Under the pieces are notes generated by a model. The model was not told where the DNA came from and did no database searches. It saw nothing but the letters and a program-made list of their open reading frames with translations. The translations under genes were made by a program, and so were the position numbers. A DNA stretch of 58,512 nucleotides, filler included, from Ionaspis alba (lineage: Eukaryota): assembly GCA_964255285.1 (NCBI GenBank). It is 7 parts of 7 records of this genome, joined end to end, with 100 filler letters (N's around TTAATTAATTAA, not from the genome) between each part and the next. Parts side by side here need not be neighbours in the genome. Positions count along the whole stretch, not along the records: positions 16,802 to 25,088 come from CAXUUL010000759.1; positions 25,189 to 33,464 come from CAXUUL010000760.1; positions 33,565 to 41,828 come from CAXUUL010000761.1; 4 more parts are not named here. One strand, written 5' to 3'. How positions within the stretch are numbered: the stretch's first letter is position 1; every line of letters begins with the position of its first letter. Positions 23,521 through 35,183 of this stretch are shown here, piece after piece.

Positions 23521-24573
23521 ATGTGTCGCTGGTTTGCATACATTTCGCCAGAGGAACCTTGTCTCCTCTCCGATGTCCTCATCGACCCTGCCAACGCGAT
23601 CTCGAAGCAATGCTCCGAGCATTATCTTCCTCAGCTTCTTCCCCACGGTGAAGAGCACGAACTTGACGATGCTCCGGACAAACTTCTCAGAATGCGCAAC
23701 AGTCTTCTTAACATGGACGGCCTTGGGATTGCCTGGTATTCCCCAGCAGCTTCGAACTATGTGAAGAGCGTAGATGGTCCAAGACCCGCTCTATACAAGT
23801 CCCAGTCCCCTCCCATCAACGACTTCAACTTCCGAAGTCTCTGCGGCAATACCGAAACTCAATGTCTTTTTGCCCACATCCGTGCAACCAGCGGCAGCGT
23901 CGTGACTCCGGTCAACAGCCACCCCTTCATCTTTGGCCGTCACGTCTTCATGCACAACGGCGCCATCTCTAGCTTTTCAGCCGTACGCCGCGATATGACC
24001 GATCTGATGAGCTATGACGCATATTGCAATGTCCTGGGAACCACTGATTCCGAGCACGCAGCCGCGCTCTACATAACGAATCTCACAGCCGGAGGCCCAA
24101 AGGACTCGTGGGATAAGGAATATCCTCTTGCAGATATGCTTAAAGCGATGAACAAGACGGTGGTGCAAATCATGAAGCTCCAGAAGAAACACTTGGGCGA
24201 CAAAGCCATGCCGAACAGTCTCAACTTCTGCACAACAGACGGCAAGAAAATGGTCGCCATTCGCTTCCGCAACCACGCAACTCAGCAGCCTCCGAGTCTG
24301 TACTGGAGCGAGTTCGCCGGGAGGACTCTGAATCAGAAGTTCCCAGGTAATCCGGACGCTGCTAACATCGTGAACAGCGAGGCTAGCAAGAACACGGAGG
24401 AAAGAATTGGCAAGCACACGATCGTGGCCAGCGAGCCTACCACTTATGATGATGCGGAATGGCACTTGATCAATCGGAACTGTGCTCTGACAGTGGATGA
24501 GAAGGGAGTTGAGACGGAGGTTCCGATCAAGTATGACCAGGGATTGAATGCAAATGATCCAAGCGCTTCCTGA
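23521..24573 (+). CDS. Class II (Ntn) glutamine amidotransferase, Dug3-like
   Basis: Nucleophile Cys2 (MCRW), NMDGLG, FAHIRA, NSHPF..FMHNG, GTTDSE, IVASEP. Confidence 0.9.
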   Translation: MCRWFAYISPEEPCLLSDVLIDPANAISKQCSEHYLPQLLPHGEEHELDDAPDKLLRMRNSLLNMDGLGIAWYSPAASNYVKSVDGPRPALYKSQSPPINDFNFRSLCGNTETQCLFAHIRATSGSVVTPVNSHPFIFGRHVFMHNGAISSFSAVRRDMTDLMSYDAYCNVLGTTDSEHAAALYITNLTAGGPKDSWDKEYPLADMLKAMNKTVVQIMKLQKKHLGDKAMPNSLNFCTTDGKKMVAIRFRNHATQQPPSLYWSEFAGRTLNQKFPGNPDAANIVNSEASKNTEERIGKHTIVASEPTTYDDAEWHLINRNCALTVDEKGVETEVPIKYDQGLNANDPSAS

Positions 24574-25188
24574 AGATCATAGCCTGAGGCTCGAGTTTTT
24601 CTTTTAGCAGCGGTTTCGCTGTTTGTTAAATTTGGGCGTGGCTGTAATCAATGATGAGTCGCTCTTTGCGTTGATGCTTTTGAGCTCATCAGAATCAAGT
24701 CTCTTCTTTTGCTAGCTAGTTGCAGTTCAAGTCAGTATAGTTGCTTTCCTGGGCTTTGAGAGCAATGCCAATGCTGGCCCACCCTCTCTCCTAATACTTC
24801 GTAATAGTAACGGCAAAGGATTAAAGTAACCCCCAAGAATGAGTTGTTCCATTAATCTAACCCCTACTCTACTGAAATGACTCGAGGGTCGACAAAGAAG
24901 GAGGTAGCTGGGACAGCATCAAAAAATCACTGTATAATGTGTAAATGTGGTCTATGTAAAACGAGGGGCAGCAGCTTGTATTAGAGCACGGTCACGGATT
25001 CCACTCACGGAAAGGGTGGATTCGCTGTGGTGTGTAACACTGCAGGTTCATCTCAGACCAAAAGTGGACTAAATACATACACTAGTCGNNNNNNNNNNNN
25101 NNNNNNNNNNNNNNNNNNNNNNNNNNNNNNNNTTAATTAATTAANNNNNNNNNNNNNNNNNNNNNNNNNNNNNNNNNNNNNNNNNNNN

Positions 25189-27665
25189 CGGCTGCGTGCT
25201 CAAAGCCAACATCTTGGGATCCGCTTCCCCTGCCCTTTGGCCGACCGGTTTCCAATGCTTCTCTGAAACTTTCCCATCACAAAAGCATGCTCGGTTACAT
25301 ACTGAATCCCAGCATCTCAAAATTCGATTTCCTTGCCCTTTGACGGATCAATTCCATTGCTCCCAAACCTTCACTCGGAAGCGTGGTGCACGGGCGCATT
25401 CTCGATGGAAGCACGAGGGCGTCGGCTATCCCTGTCCTTTGGCAGAACAGTTTCAATGTTCCCTAACATTCCGCAGAGAATCCGACTCTCGCAACCATAT
25501 TGACGTGCACCAAGGAATATCTTATCCTTGTCCTGCGGCAGAAAAGCATAACTGCTCTACAACATTCAAGTTGGAGTGCGAGGGTCAGAGGCATGTGCAC
25601 AGGCGCCCTCAAGCCATCTTTGGTTGCTGGCTTCCAGGGTGCATGGCGCGCTTTGAAACATGTGTCCACCTCCTTGCTCATGTAAATGAGCCTGAAAGCC
25701 ATATGGAGAAGTTTCTTCTTTGTCCAGTTTCTTAGACTCCGCTCCAAAAAAACAAGTCCCTCACAATTTTCGAAAACATCAGAAGAGAGGAGAGATGACG
25801 GGAGATAAGATCGTCCAGGAAATCAAGACAGAACAAGCAAGTCATTGCGATCTGTACGATGTTATCATTCAAGATGCCCACGTAGACATGAACTGGACCG
25901 AAAACTTGAATGATAAAGGTATAGGGGCGAGAGACTACTCGTTGAAAGAGATGGCCAATGTTCCCAGTCTCCAAGCCCGACGCATACCAGGGAATGGTAC
26001 GGACGATGGCTCCGAAGATGGCTCCGAAGATGACTCCGAAAACGGTTCCGAAGATGGTTCTGAAGACGGATTGGGCAATTGATGACCTGAAAGAGGGCCC
26101 AGACGACAACGTGAAAGACGGTTTGAGCAACGACTCGAGGAGCGGTTCGAAAGGAGACTCAAATACTAACTTTGGGTATGTGCTTACTGCTCCGATAGTT
26201 ACCTAGGTACGATTCGCTAAACTTTAATAAGGAGTTCAACTTACGCTGGTAACAATGGCAACAGACATCCTAATGACTCGGAAGCTGACTTCGTTCCTGA
26301 CGATATTCGCTCTCACTGGCAAGAAGCACGTCAGTTGACAAGAGAAAATTAGCATCTCTTTGGCTCCATTTTATTAGATGAGAAGATACGCAAGTCAATC
26401 CTCGAGATGAATGTCAAGTTCTGGTGTAAGAAATATGCTATCTACTCAGACTATTGGCTATTCTATTGAAGCTTGGAAATGTGGGAAGCAAAATCAACAT
26501 GCAAACATACGACTCGTTGGACTCAAGTACATCGGCTCAATGCCACTGGAAGGAAAGAGAGTAGCGACAGAGGAAAATCACTGTCCTTTTCAAACCATTT
26601 TGGATCTTGACAATTCATACCTATGCATGAGCACCTTGACCGAGAGCGATTCACACACCATCAAGCTCAGTAAATGATGCGTGTTTTGCTGGGCTCGTCA
26701 TCGGCTTACCATGGTGTTGGCAACTCGACAACTCTTTGCTAGTGCAGAGGATCAACAGAGCACCTGCGCCAAGAATGGTTGCTTTCAGGCAAGATGGCTC
26801 GGCACTCGGTACTAAAACCGTCATGCCGATGATGCGTTGAGCACAAATTGGCATTCGGTGCCACGATATGATCCGGCCCAAATCAGCTCTAAGTTCCGAG
26901 GTCGACAATCGCATTTCATGTCAGCAACTTCGAAACAGTGGATCAGTAGCCAAGACATTCAGCTTGCGATGTCTCGTGCCGCGGGAATCAAAGCAGGTCA
27001 GTGACAAGGCAATGACTTGGTTATCTTGGATATTGAGTTCAGTCGAAGTGGTCAGGTTAAGAAGGTTGCTCTTATCGAGTACGTATCTGGACGGGTCCTC
27101 TTAAACACATTGGTCAAGCCCCAAGCACCTCCGGAGCTCTCTCAATTGAAATTAGCTTGGAAAAGAGGTTTAATCGATCAGTTGTGGTCCAGGAAGCTCG
27201 ATTCTTCTAGGACAAAGACTGATCAAGAATTCGATGTCTGGGCTATCGCAGAGGTCCTTGAAGATTCTGGAATGAAAAAAGATTCCGTCATTTTGGTCTG
27301 GCATTCAACGTATTACGATTTGACCTTATTGGACAATTTCTTGGAATCTACTGGAGCTAACTCGGCGCTGCCATCGAGGGCAAACTGTGTTTGCCTGGTG
27401 CCTCACGTTCGCGCGAATGTGCCTCACAACGGGAAAACCTTCCCTGCGACTCTATCCACAAATATTTCCCATTCTATTTCCCCGCCATGAATTGGTTGGG
27501 CGTAATCATCGAGCGTTAGTGGATTGTCAGCAAACCCGACTCATCATGATGGCGTTTGGAGAGTTTGCCAAACCAATCGGCAGTCCTGGAAGGCTAGAAT
27601 TTTCTGATACTAAACCCACTCAGCAGACTCTGGAGAACTGGTTGGTTGACCAAACTCTGGTCTGA
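25189..27665 (+). pseudogene. Decayed gene: tandem C2H2 zinc fingers + acidic repeat + Cys-rich segment + DEDDh 3'-5' exonuclease
   Basis: Fingers (F/Y)PCP-x6-C-x3-F-x8-H-x3/4-H. ExoI ILDIEF, ExoII WHSTYYDL, ExoIII HRALVDC. In-frame stops (25733, about 26813, about 27002) and a frameshift near 27455. Confidence 0.7.
26002..26070 (+). repeat. 12-bp coding tandem repeat (GAAGATGGCTCC-like, encodes EDGS, about 5 units)
   Basis: gatggctccgaa-gatggctccgaa-gatgactccgaa-aacggttccgaa-gatggttctgaa. Confidence 0.85.
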
Positions 27666-28144
27666 CATCACCAGGAAACCCAGAATCGGGCCGATGGACT
27701 GACATCTGACTGAATGGGGACGCTTTCATGTGTAGAGCGTGCAACTCAATGGAGAGGTTTGCACAGCTTTTTACTCGTTCGAGTACATGTCGAAGACCAT
27801 CTTCGACCATGCACATGCCCTTCTCGTATACCTATTCTCTCGCCAAAACTGTTCATGGAAGCAGCTTGTCACGTGTGAGCTTCTTTTGAACGAGAAGCCC
27901 AAACTGATTTTGCATTTTGCTCCAATGTAGCAGCTGTGGCCTGATTTTCACGCGGAAACAGATGTGATTTTGAGAGCGCGATAGGCGTTTACAAATCGAT
28001 GAGAGCGTCGGGAGATGATATCGATGGAATGGAGAGAATACCTCAGCTAGGAAATGTCTAAGTACAGGTTCTAAATTTTAAATTTCATCAGAACAAAGCG
28101 TATTGTCATGCCATACTCAGATTGAAGATCAACTTACTCAAAGG

Positions 28145-29377
28145 CTAGATGTAGCCTTTTAGAATTGCACTCTCCGCGTTCAATATTGATGCTCCGGCAG
28201 CCCCCAGAACTGTGTTGTGGCTTAAGGCGACGAACTGGATGTCAAAAATACCACTTTCATCCTCCCTGATTCTCCCAACACTGCACGCGTATCCTCTTTC
28301 CGTCTCTATGTCTAAGCGAGGCTGCGGTCGGTCAGCCTCGTCTAAAACGACAATGGCGTGTTGTGGAGCCGAAGGACACCCTAAAAGTTGCACCTCTGAA
28401 ATGTACTCTTTCATCGCATCACGAACCTCGCTCACGGTCGGCGGAGGTCGGTTTACGAACCGTAACGACACACACACTGTATGGCCATTAAGCACCGGGA
28501 CACGGTTACAGGCAACGGACACGTGGAGGGGTTGATCGATAAATCCAGGCAGGTCCGTACTCAAGCTACCTAAAATCTTGCGAGCTTCAGCTGGAATCTT
28601 GGCTTCCTCTCCTGGGATGTATGGAATGATATTGTCAAGGATGTCCATGCCTGACGCGGTTAGCTATAATGTGTAGAACATACCAGGCCCTGGGCGCTTT
28701 ATGGGCAGAAGACTTGATCGCTTACTGCTGACGCCAGGATAGCCTGCTCCTGATACGGCCTGCATAGTCACCATGCTCACTTGGTCGATAGGTCCGAACT
28801 TTTGAATAAGTGCTGCGGCTGGGACGACGAGGCCGATGACCGCACAGTTTGAATTGCACACAAGAAGGCCTTTATCTATTTGGTAATGCCGACGCTGTGT
28901 TAGGATTGACTCAATATGTCCTGGGTTGATCACCGGAACAATCAGCGGAATCAGAGGTGCCAACCGGAAATTTTTGGCATTTGAAAAGACGGCAAAGTTT
29001 GCTTTAAGAAAAGCCATTTCAACATCGCCAGCCACATCAGAATTAAGGCCGGAGAATATTATATCGCAATCTGGATATTCGGTGGGTACGCAACGTCGGA
29101 TGATCAGATTTGCGACTTGTGCGGGTATTGGGGTCGACTGCTTCCAGTGCACGGCATCAGAGTATTTTTTATCGGCTGACTTTTCAGAAGCTCCTACAGC
29201 TACCAGTTCTAGCAGCGGATGTTGGGCGAGCAGGAGAATGAATCGCGTCCCCACGGCTCCAGTTGCTCCTAAAACACCTGGGAAATGTTAGTCATCCATG
29301 TCTTTCATAATGACCGGTGGAATGGGCTTCATACCGCATCGCTTTTTCGAAGACGTGTGATTGTCTTTGGAAGACAT
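28145..29377 (-). CDS. HOM2: Aspartate-semialdehyde dehydrogenase
   Basis: [21 protein letters not shown], catalytic [37 protein letters not shown]. Two introns. Confidence 0.96.
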
Positions 29378-29485
29378 TGTTGCTATGTCTCGGTGCGGTC
29401 CTCAATATCGACTCGGAGATTTTTCGTAGAGAGAATCTGGAACTTTTATGAGCCGACTTGGAGGTCGGAGTGTCGGAGACCAGAC

Positions 29486-29595
29486 CACGTGACCAAACCT
29501 AAGCTCCGCAATTGACGCGCTGTGATTGGCTCAACAAGGATCGGCGCCTCAGTCGCACAACTCAATATCTCCTAGAGTTAGCAATTCTATGAGTC
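29486..29595. promoter_or_regulatory. HOM2 upstream motifs: CACGTGAC (Cbf1/bHLH E-box), CCAAT, near-consensus Gcn4/CpcA site
   Basis: CACGTGAC 29486-29493, ATTGG about 29525, ATGAGTC 29589-29595. Short motifs; function inferred. Confidence 0.3.
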
Positions 29596-30624
29596 CGCAA
29601 TAGCGTATTTCATAGGGCTTGCAAATATCACCTATTGATAGGCTGCCGTATTGGATTTACAATTACTACCTGTCAATCGCATTATTATTGACAAGTTTGC
29701 GCACGGAGCACCAGGATAGCGCGCGGACAACAAGGCACGAGACAGCGCAAGGGGCTATATAATGAGGCTTTGAGACCTAGGTATAGATATAGAGACAAAA
29801 CCTTCAGTATCATCGATTGAGACCCGCTTTTCTCCACGGATGGTATTGGTACTGCTCAAGCTGCCTCCGGATTCGGTTGCTCCGAGCGAATGGTAAGTAC
29901 CATCGAACCCACCATTGTTGATGTGTGTGCAAATGCTGATGAGGCTCTTAGATGTGTAGCCGACTGCTGCTTTGAATCTGTCTGGACGAGGCCGGCTACG
30001 CATTGGTACTCATGCCTCGGGTTCCTGTACGGACATCATCGACCTCGAGACTTCAACTATAAAGTAACTAGGTTCGGCTACGATAAGTATTCATATTAAC
30101 CTCATTATTAGACTAAGGAGTCGCATTTCAGAATTTCTAGGCCGGAGAAAGTAATTCGTAGTCGCCGCTTTTGCATCGCGCTCTCTTCGAAGAGGCTTAT
30201 AAAGGACTTCAGATTGCCTTCAAGCTGACAGCTTCTAGCCGAGACTCAATCGCTAATACTCGAGCTGTCTCGCCGTTCTCCTTACTAGTTTGGCCCGAAT
30301 TGCTCTGCCAAGAACTGTGCTGCAGCTATGGCTCAGCTTGCTTGAGACCTTTAGAGGAGGAAACATCCTCTCACTCCGTAGATGGAGCATCGTAACTGGA
30401 GGAAGTTGAGCTTTCAAACAATTGCATTTGGACTCTGCCTTGGAAGTATCTTGCAGGAAATTCTTTTACCGCTGTCGGCGCAAAAATGGATCGCGCTCGG
30501 CGGATCCCTTGATTAGATCCGACTAGACTAGGGTGGCGCTAGTGCCTTATCGAAATAAATTTCTTGGTGGGCTGCTGTGATCCTGCTGTTTTGTCCACTT
30601 TCCGACCCTCAATCCTGTGAGCTT

Positions 30625-32611
30625 ATGATGGAGAATCTAAGCCTAGAGTCCAAGAAGCGCAAGAGGAAGCATCGAAGTCATATCGACACACCCTCTGCGT
30701 CTGAGACGGGTCCTACCGACAGCGCTACACACACTGAATCCACCAACCACGCTACCAATGGCTTGGAAGCCGATGAAGAGAAATCGCACAGGAAGGAAAA
30801 GCGCAGACGCTCAGAGGATGCGGCTGAAATTGAGCCTACCGTACAAGGACATACCGAGGCCGGCAGAGCTGGAACGGTAGAAAAGGCACACATTAGGACG
30901 GACGAAGATGAAGCCCAAGAGGTAGATGCCACGAATAGTGACCAGGCAAAGCTGGACAGCGCAGATCTACCATCAACTACTCCTCTCTCCTTACCATCGA
31001 CGGGTCCAGAAGCAAAAAAATTCTCCGAGCTCAACCTCTCCAGCAAAACTATGCAGGCGATCGAAGACATGAAATTCGAGACGATGACCGAAATACAACA
31101 GAGGGGCATACCACCACTGATGGCTGGCAGAGACGTCTTAGGTGCTGCAAAGACAGGATCTGGGAAGACCTTGGCATTCTTGATACCGGCTGTGGAGATG
31201 CTCAGCGCACTGAGGTTCAAGCCTCGAAATGGTAGGTAGAAAAAGCAGCTCATATACTACCATGCTGACAGGACATAGGTACCGGTGTGATCGTCGTATC
31301 TCCGACCAGGGAGCTGGCGCTTCAGATCTTTGGCGTTGCCCGGGAGCTCATGGCCCATCACTCGCAGACATACGGGATAGTGATTGGAGGAGCCAACAGA
31401 AGAGCAGAGGCAGAGAAATTGGTGAAAGGAGTCAACCTTGTCATTGCTACACCCGGTCGATTATTGGATCATCTACAGAATACTCAGGGCTTCATCTATA
31501 AGAATATCAAGGCACTGGTCATCGACGAGGCAGATCGGATTCTAGAGGTCGGGTTCGAGGATGAGATGAGGCAAATAATCAAGATTCTTCCCAAGGATGA
31601 ACGACAGACGATGCTCTTTTCCGCGACGCAGACCACGAAGGTCGAGGACCTAGCTCGGATATCCCTGAGACCAGGTCCGCTTTATATCAATGTAGACCAC
31701 CAGAAAGAGCACAGCACAGTGGAAGGTTTAGAGCAGGGTTATGTCATCTGCGACTCCGATAAACGATTCCTGTTACTGTTCTCTTTCTTGAAGCGCAATC
31801 TGAAGAAAAAGATCATTGTTTTCTTTTCGAGCTGCAATTGCGTCAAATATCATTCCGAACTCCTCAACTACATCGATCTTCCTGTTCTTGATCTGCACGG
31901 CAAGCAGAAGCAACAGAAACGGACAAACACATTCTTCGAGTTCTGTAACGCTAAACAAGGAACCTTAATATGTACAGATGTCGCTGCGCGTGGTCTAGAT
32001 GTCTGCTCTCCATCCTGAAACATTGGTCGTCCAATGCTCACGTTTATTAGATTCCAGCTGTTGATTGGATTGTACAGTTTGATCCACCAGATGATCCTCG
32101 CGACTACATTCATCGAGTTGGAAGGACAGCCCGAGGTTCAGGCGGCAAAGGCAGAAGCTTGATGTTCCTCCAGCCATCGGAGGTTGGGTTTCTGAAACAC
32201 CTTAAAGAGGCTCGGGTACCTGTGGTCGAGTTCGAGTTCCCCGGCAAGCGGATAGTCAATGTTCAATCCCAATTGGAGAAGTTGATAGGGCAGAATTACT
32301 ACCTGAATAAGGTCAGCCAAGATAAGATCTTCTGCAGGAGTTCGATTACTGATAGTCTGTATTAGTCTGCCAAAGAAGGCTACCGCTCTTACCTTCAGGC
32401 CTACGCCTCTCACAGCCTACGCTCCATCTTCGATGTCCACAAGCTCGATCTTGTGAAAGTTGCGAAGGGCTTTGGTTTCCAAACTCCACCTCGGGTAGAC
32501 CTTACTTTGGGTGCTAGCATGAGCCGGGATAAGAAGAAAGAAGGGAGACGAGCCTATGGTAGCCAGCCCAGGCAAGGGCAAAGGTTCCAAAGGAACAGAG
32601 CTAATTCGTGA
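30625..32611 (+). CDS. HAS1: DEAD-box RNA helicase Has1 (ribosome biogenesis)
   Basis: [62 protein letters not shown]. Introns about 31232-31279, 32000-32049, 32312-32365. Confidence 0.95.
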
Positions 32612-34182
32612 TGTATAAAATCTCATTATTCTTGCACATCGATAGCTGCCCGATGGCATAGCATGGTCTATGGACTTCCCTGGGCCATGTTTTCAATCAC
32701 ATGGTAATGCCAAAGATGTTTACCCTGCTATCCACAATGGTTTCGAACCTTGCATGAGTGCATCTCCAATAAAATCTCACACGACAAATACCCATAGACT
32801 TGTTGAGGTTATGAGGCTCTTTCACAAGATGGAAAAAGGGCGCCTAGGACTTCCTATTGGTCAAGCGCTTTCCGGCGAAACCTTCACAGCGCCGACAGCT
32901 TCCGCGAGTTAGATCCCAGAACCATCACTTCGCTCATCACGACGATGAGTTGTCAAGTCTCTGTGTGACAAATTTGTGTCATTGTACTGTAGTCTAAGAT
33001 CGAGATCATTTCTAGCTAAAACTCGAAGTCGGTGCAATCGGACAGGTCGTCTAGACAACCTTTTGATTAGCTGACGGGAACGAGCTTGCGGAAACGTGGT
33101 ACCGGTCTCAGACCGTTTGCAAGCACCCACTGTTTACGATCCTTAGATTTGTGGTGATGCTGCATATTCTGTGACAAGCTCCACCATCCCTCAGGATTCT
33201 AACTTGTCCTCCAGAAATGCTTTGATGAAAAGGGGGCTGGTGTTGCTAGAGAGAGGAGTCAGAGAAGCACAGTGGATGCGCGTAAAAGCAGCAGTTATCC
33301 AGGATCTGGGTAGTCTGTCGTGCGTGTGGAACATCCAACCAAGGCACAGTGACAAGTGCTTCGTCCCGTCTCACCCGCCACCCTCTTTTTCGACGCTGTT
33401 GTAAGCAGTCTAAGGCAGTTAGATTGGTTCTCCCGTTTGTTGTCACTCATAGGCCGAGGAATACNNNNNNNNNNNNNNNNNNNNNNNNNNNNNNNNNNNN
33501 NNNNNNNNTTAATTAATTAANNNNNNNNNNNNNNNNNNNNNNNNNNNNNNNNNNNNNNNNNNNNAGCATAAAGAAATCCAGGAAGTCAATCAGGAAGAAG
33601 CCAAAGCCTGCTCAGATTCTAGAGAAATTATACACCACCAGAACCGCAAGATCCTTGACGCGACATGCCTCAGCAACCCTGCAGCCGAGCATTTCAATCA
33701 AGAGGGAGAATTCAGAAAGTTCACCTAGCTCACGCGATGGACGAGCGGTGGATCAAACATAGATTCATTAGTGACACTGGTGAAGGAGGAATGATACTGG
33801 CTGTGCTTGATGCAGGCGGCAGATATGAGAGGCTTGGATGTAATAGGGGTTGAAAGCTTCACATCAAAGGCTCTTCAACTTACCTTGATTGGGTAGGTTT
33901 GGGCGCTAAGAGGAGCTTGCGTCCTTGCTCAGATTTTCCAGCGGTTTCACGAAAGCTGGTACTACAAACTGGGTTTGAGAGCGACATATCAGGTAATTTG
34001 AAGTCGGTAAGGATGGTCTCTGACAGCGTTCGTGTCTGGAATCCTTTGTGTAGAGGTTGGCGTGAGACGGATTGCCCCCACAAAGGACTTTTGGAAGACT
34101 ATGGATGTCAATGGTATAGCATCGGGATTCATGGCACAGATCTCTTCCATCGTTCGAAGCACAAATGAAATTTGTGAATTAG

Positions 34183-34831
34183 TTAAAATGCAAATACTGT
34201 ACGCTCTAGAGGCACCCTTTCTGTTTCCCATGCCAGCCAGTCTGACCTTGTAGTCCTTAAGCACACATTAGCCTTTGGATTTTGATGGTCTGTTGGCATC
34301 ACTTACGGGAGCAGACCCATTCCATTGACCTTCCAAACTCCCAAGGCCAGAGCCACCAAGTTCATAAACACATACACGGCCTTGACCATCCATATTTTGC
34401 TTTTTGTTCCCTCCGTCTCGAACCTTGTAAACACCTGATTTGTCTGCAGGAGTCCCTGTATAGGGTTCTTGAAAAGCATAAAGACCATCATAATGCTGAA
34501 TATTTGCAATGTGTTTCCGGACATGTACATCATTATCGCATTCATCGGCAGAGCTTTGGCTGGGGCCAGAGCAAGCTCCCATGATTTCTTGAGCTTCAGG
34601 GTGTCGGTCTCTTCGGTTGTGGGGGGTTTACGGGACTGTTGTTTAGAGGCTGCGGCACGCTTGAACATGTCAGTATAGACCCAGAGCCTTTCCAGATATT
34701 GGGCGCACCTTGGTGGAGACAACGGAGGAGTATCCTGGAGGATCTGGAATATTCGCGGTCTTGGGTTTGGCCGTCGGCCTTGTGTTCAAGTCAATGACCC
34801 ATTGCGGCGGAGGAGGGGGACTCGAGTCCAT
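34183..34831 (-). CDS. EMC4: ER membrane protein complex subunit 4 (DUF1077)
   Basis: IPDPPGY, KKSWELALAPAKALPMNAIMMYMSGNTLQIFSIMM, GLLPTTRSDWLAWE. Two introns. Confidence 0.93.
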
Positions 34832-35183
34832 GCTATTGACTGTATAGGTGATACCGTTGTCGTCGTAATAGGGAATCGTATTATTCAGTTGATCGGGGAT
34901 GAAAGTGACACTACTGTTGCCTGTCGGCAGCGGTCATCATTTCGTCAGCCCTATGGCTCCTCCTACCACTACCATTTGCTGTGGGGCGTCAACGCATTGC
35001 ATGGAACTTCCCAATCTCTACGAAGACCTGAAATACGCCATTTCCTTAGTACCAGCATGCTAAAGATTCAAGGACCAGTCATTGTGGGAGGCTGTTGACG
35101 AGGCAAATCAGACCATGTGATCACCCCTCTGATCCCGATCTCAGGCGTTCTAGGCGGAGTGTGTGCAGGAGGGGACTGTCACC

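Noticed and set aside
24640..24710. ATGATGA C-box-like motif downstream of the DUG3-like gene
   Set aside because: No properly placed CTGA D box or terminal stem; likely 3' UTR.
29740..30400. Short ORFs and repeated GAGAC words between HOM2 and HAS1
   Set aside because: No recognisable domain, periodicity or element ends. Possibly a decayed relic, but unsupported.
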